A stretch of 64,000 nucleotides of DNA, taken from positions 1 to 64,000 of the forward strand of contig QPMI01000498.1 in the NCBI GenBank assembly GCA_004431415.1, written 5' to 3'. Positions 60,746 through 64,000 of this stretch are shown here, one piece after another. The number at the start of each line of letters is the position of its first letter. Position 1 is the stretch's first letter. This stretch comes from Cyanophora paradoxa CCMP329. Taxonomy: Eukaryota; Plantae; Glaucophyta. The position numbers were made by a program, and so were the translations under genes. The notes beneath the pieces were generated by a model that ran no database searches, was not told the origin of the DNA, and saw only the letters and a list, made by a program, of their open reading frames with translations.

Positions 60746-61740
60746 CCGCAGCATGCTGACCCCGGAGAGAGGAGGCGGACCTCCCTACCCCCCGGAGTGC
60801 CCTCTTCGGGGGGAAGAGAGGACGTGGACCTCCTTCCCCTCTCCCAGCCCCTCTTCGGAGGGCCCCGCCCCGCCCTTCCGCCTCCCCCCGGCCCCGCCCT
60901 CCCCCCGGCCCGCCCTCTCCCCAGCCCCGCCTCTCCCCCCGGCCCCGCCCTCCCCCGGCCCCGCCCCGGGCCCCGGGCGCGCCCCTCCCCCCGGCCCCGC
61001 CCGGGCCCCGGGCCCGCCCTCCCCTGGCCCCGCCCTCCCCCGGCCCTGCCCGGGCCCCGGGCCCGCCCCTCCCCGAGCACCCGCAGCATGCTGACCCCGG
61101 AGAGAGGAGGCGGACCTCCCTACCCCCGGAGTGCCCTCTTCGGGGGGAAGAGAGGACGTGGACCTCCTTCCCCTCTCCCAGCCCCTCTTCGGAGGGCCCC
61201 GCCCCCGCCCTTCCGCCTCCCCCGGCCCCGCCCTCCCCCGGCCCCGCCCCTCTCCCAGCCCGCCTCTCCCCCCGGCCCCGCCCCTCCCCCGGCCCCGCCC
61301 GGCCCCGGGCGCGCCCCTCCCCCGGCCCGCCCCGGGCCCGGGCCCGCCCCTCCCCCTGGCCCCGCCCCTCCCCCCGGCCTGCCCCGGGCCCCGGGCCCGC
61401 CCCTCCCCGAGCACCCGCAGCATGCTGACCCCCGGAGAGAGGAGGCGGACCTCCCTACCCCCGGAGTGCCCTCTTCGGGGGGAAGAGAGGACGTGGACCT
61501 CCTTCCCTCTCCCAGCCCCTCTTCGGAGGGCCCCGCCCCCGCCTTCCGCCTCCCCCGGCCCCGCCCTCCCCCGGCCCCGCCCCTCTCCCCAGCCCCGCCT
61601 CTCCCCCCGGCCCCGCCCGGGCCCGGGCGCGCCCCTCCCCCGGCCCCGCCCCGGCCCCGGGCCCGCCCCTCCCCTGGCCCCGCCCCTCCCCCGGCCCTGC
61701 CCCGGGCCCGGGCCCGCCCCTCCCCGAGCACACGAACCCC
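60746..61740. repeat. Three copies of the ~330-bp unit (second array)
   Basis: Copies at 60746, 61081 and ~61415. Confidence 0.9.
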
Positions 61741-61791
61741 CGAGCACACGAAGCCTGGCCCGGGGGCCTGAAGCCGGCGGGCCGGCCTCAG

Positions 61792-63029
61792 ATCTACAAG
61801 TACAGCGGCGAGCTGGACGCGGCGACCGAGCTCCTCGACCGCGCCCTCTACTGCTCGAGGCAGCCTGGTGCGGGGCGGGGCGCGGGCACGGGCGCGGCGG
61901 GGCGGAGGATGCGTTGCGCTGCAGTTCGTTCACTTGGTTTTGAGCTCCGTCCCCGGCAGGCACCCGCAGTTCAAGCCGGCGAGCGGCGCCTGCCGCCTCG
62001 ACTTCGCAGTCATGGAGAACAAGTGCGCAGAGAACCCGTTGTACCCCGAGGATAACCTGTACCCTCCTCCGGACTCACCCCGCCACCCCCAGGGCCTGGT
62101 CTTCCGGCGCCTGCAGATGCTCATTCGCGGCGGCTGCTCCCGCACCTCCCTCGGTACCCCCTCGACCGCTTCCCCCTACTCGGATTCGAACCGAACGTCG
62201 TACCTCCAGAGACGGCCAAGCTGCTGCTTGCGCTGGACCCCGACAGTGACCTGATGGGGTGCTCCAGTGCATCGACTACTTCGCCCTCCGCGCCAGGTAC
62301 CCCATAACCTTCCCCCCCCCCCAACTTCCCCCCCCCCACCTCATTTTTCTTCAGGGAGTACAAGTTCCTTCTGGAGCTGGTGGCGGCGCCGGCGCTCCCC
62401 GGGCGCTCCGCCTCGTTCGTGCGGGAGCCGCCCCTCTCGAGGCGGGAGCCGCCCCTCTTCCTCCCCATCGCCCTCAACTCCTCGGGTACCCCCACTTAGC
62501 CTCTCCCCCTTTTTCCTGGCGCCGAGCCGGCTCGCAGCGTACGCGCTCATGCGCGTGGCGCGGGACGGCGGCGCCGCGCCCGTCGACGAGCTGGTGCCCT
62601 GCGCCCCTCCGAATCTCCTCTAAGACTGAAGCGCGGCAGGTCCTCCGGCGCCTCTTCTCGCACACGCTGGACCCCGCCTCGCCGGCGCCGCCCCGCCCTC
62701 TGCCGCGGCCCTCGCCGCCGCCCTCCTGCGGCAGGCGGTCCTCATGTACCCCGGCGCCGTCCGCCCCCTCCTCGAGAACTACAACGTCAAGCCCGACTCC
62801 GGGGTGCGGGGGAGGGGCGGGACTCCGACAAGGCGAGCGTCTTTCCTCTGAGCTTCTTTACTTTCCGAGTCCTGAGCGGCTCTCTCCTTTGCTTCTTCGT
62901 TCACAGGGCGCCAGGGGCTGGGCCGCCCTACACAGGCGGCCCCTCTTCGACGACGACGAGCCGGCCGCCAGCGTCGAGCTCCCGCCCCTGACTGCCGGGA
63001 TCGGACCCTGGACGAGCTCAATGCTTTGA
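61792..63029 (+). pseudogene. TCF25: TCF25 fragment copy 4
   Basis: Duplicate of 54342-55573. Confidence 0.75.
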
Positions 63030-64000
63030 AGCAATTGCAATTCTTGAGCTCGGTGCGTTTCTTACAGCAACTTATCTTGCGATTCTGCTCTCAATATGCT
63101 GTTAGGTGGCGCTCGAGTCGAGACGCTTGCAAAAGTAACAACGGGCTGCGCACGACCGCCGGGTCTACATTCAAAGCGAAGTGTTGGGTCGACCGGGTCC
63201 TGGAGGTCCTGTTCTCCCGCGCGCGCTGGGGTCGGGTGGTGTGCAGTGGCCACCACCTGCGCGATCCGACAGCATGCGCACCATTTGTGGTCACGTCCAC
63301 AGAGTGGTTCCGCGCGCCCCGCGCGGGGCGTCCTGACATCTTCGCGAACGAAGAGCAGGCAAAAGGGCTACTGCAGCGGTGCAAGGCTTTTGTAGGACTG
63401 CAGATAGCCTGATTCCGCATGCAGCTATAGTCTAGGGTTCTACGACATCGTTGGTTTTGTATGAGATCAATTTCACGAGGCCGAACTCTGTACCCTTCGA
63501 TCGCAAGTTAGCCACCGGTGGCTAACTTAGGGGGGGAATGAACAGGGGGGAGAAGCGCAGGGGGGAAGAATAGGAAAAAAAAGGAACTTCCGCGCGCCCG
63601 GCCATGCATGCAGCGCGCGAATTCCGTCCGCTGCGCATGCGCACTGCCGCGCGCACGCCGTGCTCAGCCCGCGGCGCCACGCCCGCCCCGCAGGCGTCTT
63701 CGCCGCGCCGCGCACGCGAGGAGTACACATCGCTTGCTTCATCGGCTCACCCGCGGCGCCGGCGGCGCGCTAGCTACACGCTTTCGCTTGTCCGAGGTAC
63801 TCATCTTCGAATTCTGCAGCCGTCGCCCCATCCTCGGCAGCTGTAAGGCGGCGCGCAGGGACTCGAGCTCTCAACTATGGCGTCGCCCGGCGGGCCCAGC
63901 GCAAGCAGCTCTGAGCCAGTAGGTCCGTCCCGGAACCGCCCCTCGGACCTGCCTGGGCGCGCTGTCTTCCGATCCTGCTAAAAAACGTGTTTTCGGGGCG

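Larger units (their letters stand above)
60406..64000. repeat. Second copy of the ~7.45-kb higher-order unit (runs off the window)
   Basis: Collinear with 52960-56540 at an offset of about 7445 bp. Confidence 0.9.

Overview
This is a eukaryotic, very GC-rich window dense in short introns (about 50-150 bp; donors GTGCGC/GTCCGC/GTACCC and some GC). The style is reminiscent of a GC-rich alga or protist such as the glaucophyte Cyanophora, which I cannot verify. Many single-base homopolymer indels suggest an unpolished long-read assembly. (1) 1-11.3 kb is a compact virus-like or mobile gene cluster: a small TM ORF, an intron-containing D5-like SF3 helicase (possibly fused to an unknown N-terminal domain), a divergent unknown gene, twin hairpins, and intronless YqaJ exonuclease, orphan and GNAT ORFs. 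(2) 11.3-13.8 kb is a nest of MITEs and a SINE-like insert; a hAT MITE interrupts the first exon of a host gene. (3) 12.6-26.1 kb holds two putatively paralogous genes with TPR-like ends, separated by a retroelement tail and a spliced integrase-H2C2 remnant. (4) 26.8-35.2 kb holds an F-box/LRR/ankyrin gene and three small TM genes. (5) 36-51.5 kb holds an adenylyl-cyclase-type 2x multi-TM protein with no visible cyclase domain, tail-to-tail with a soluble ADCY10-like cyclase-P-loop-TPR gene. (6) 52.5-64 kb is a nested tandem array (about 154 bp, 330 bp, 1.85 kb and 7.45 kb units) of mosaic gene fragments including TCF25/Rqc1, creating in-frame chimeric splice options. All family calls come from visual motif recognition, not database searches.
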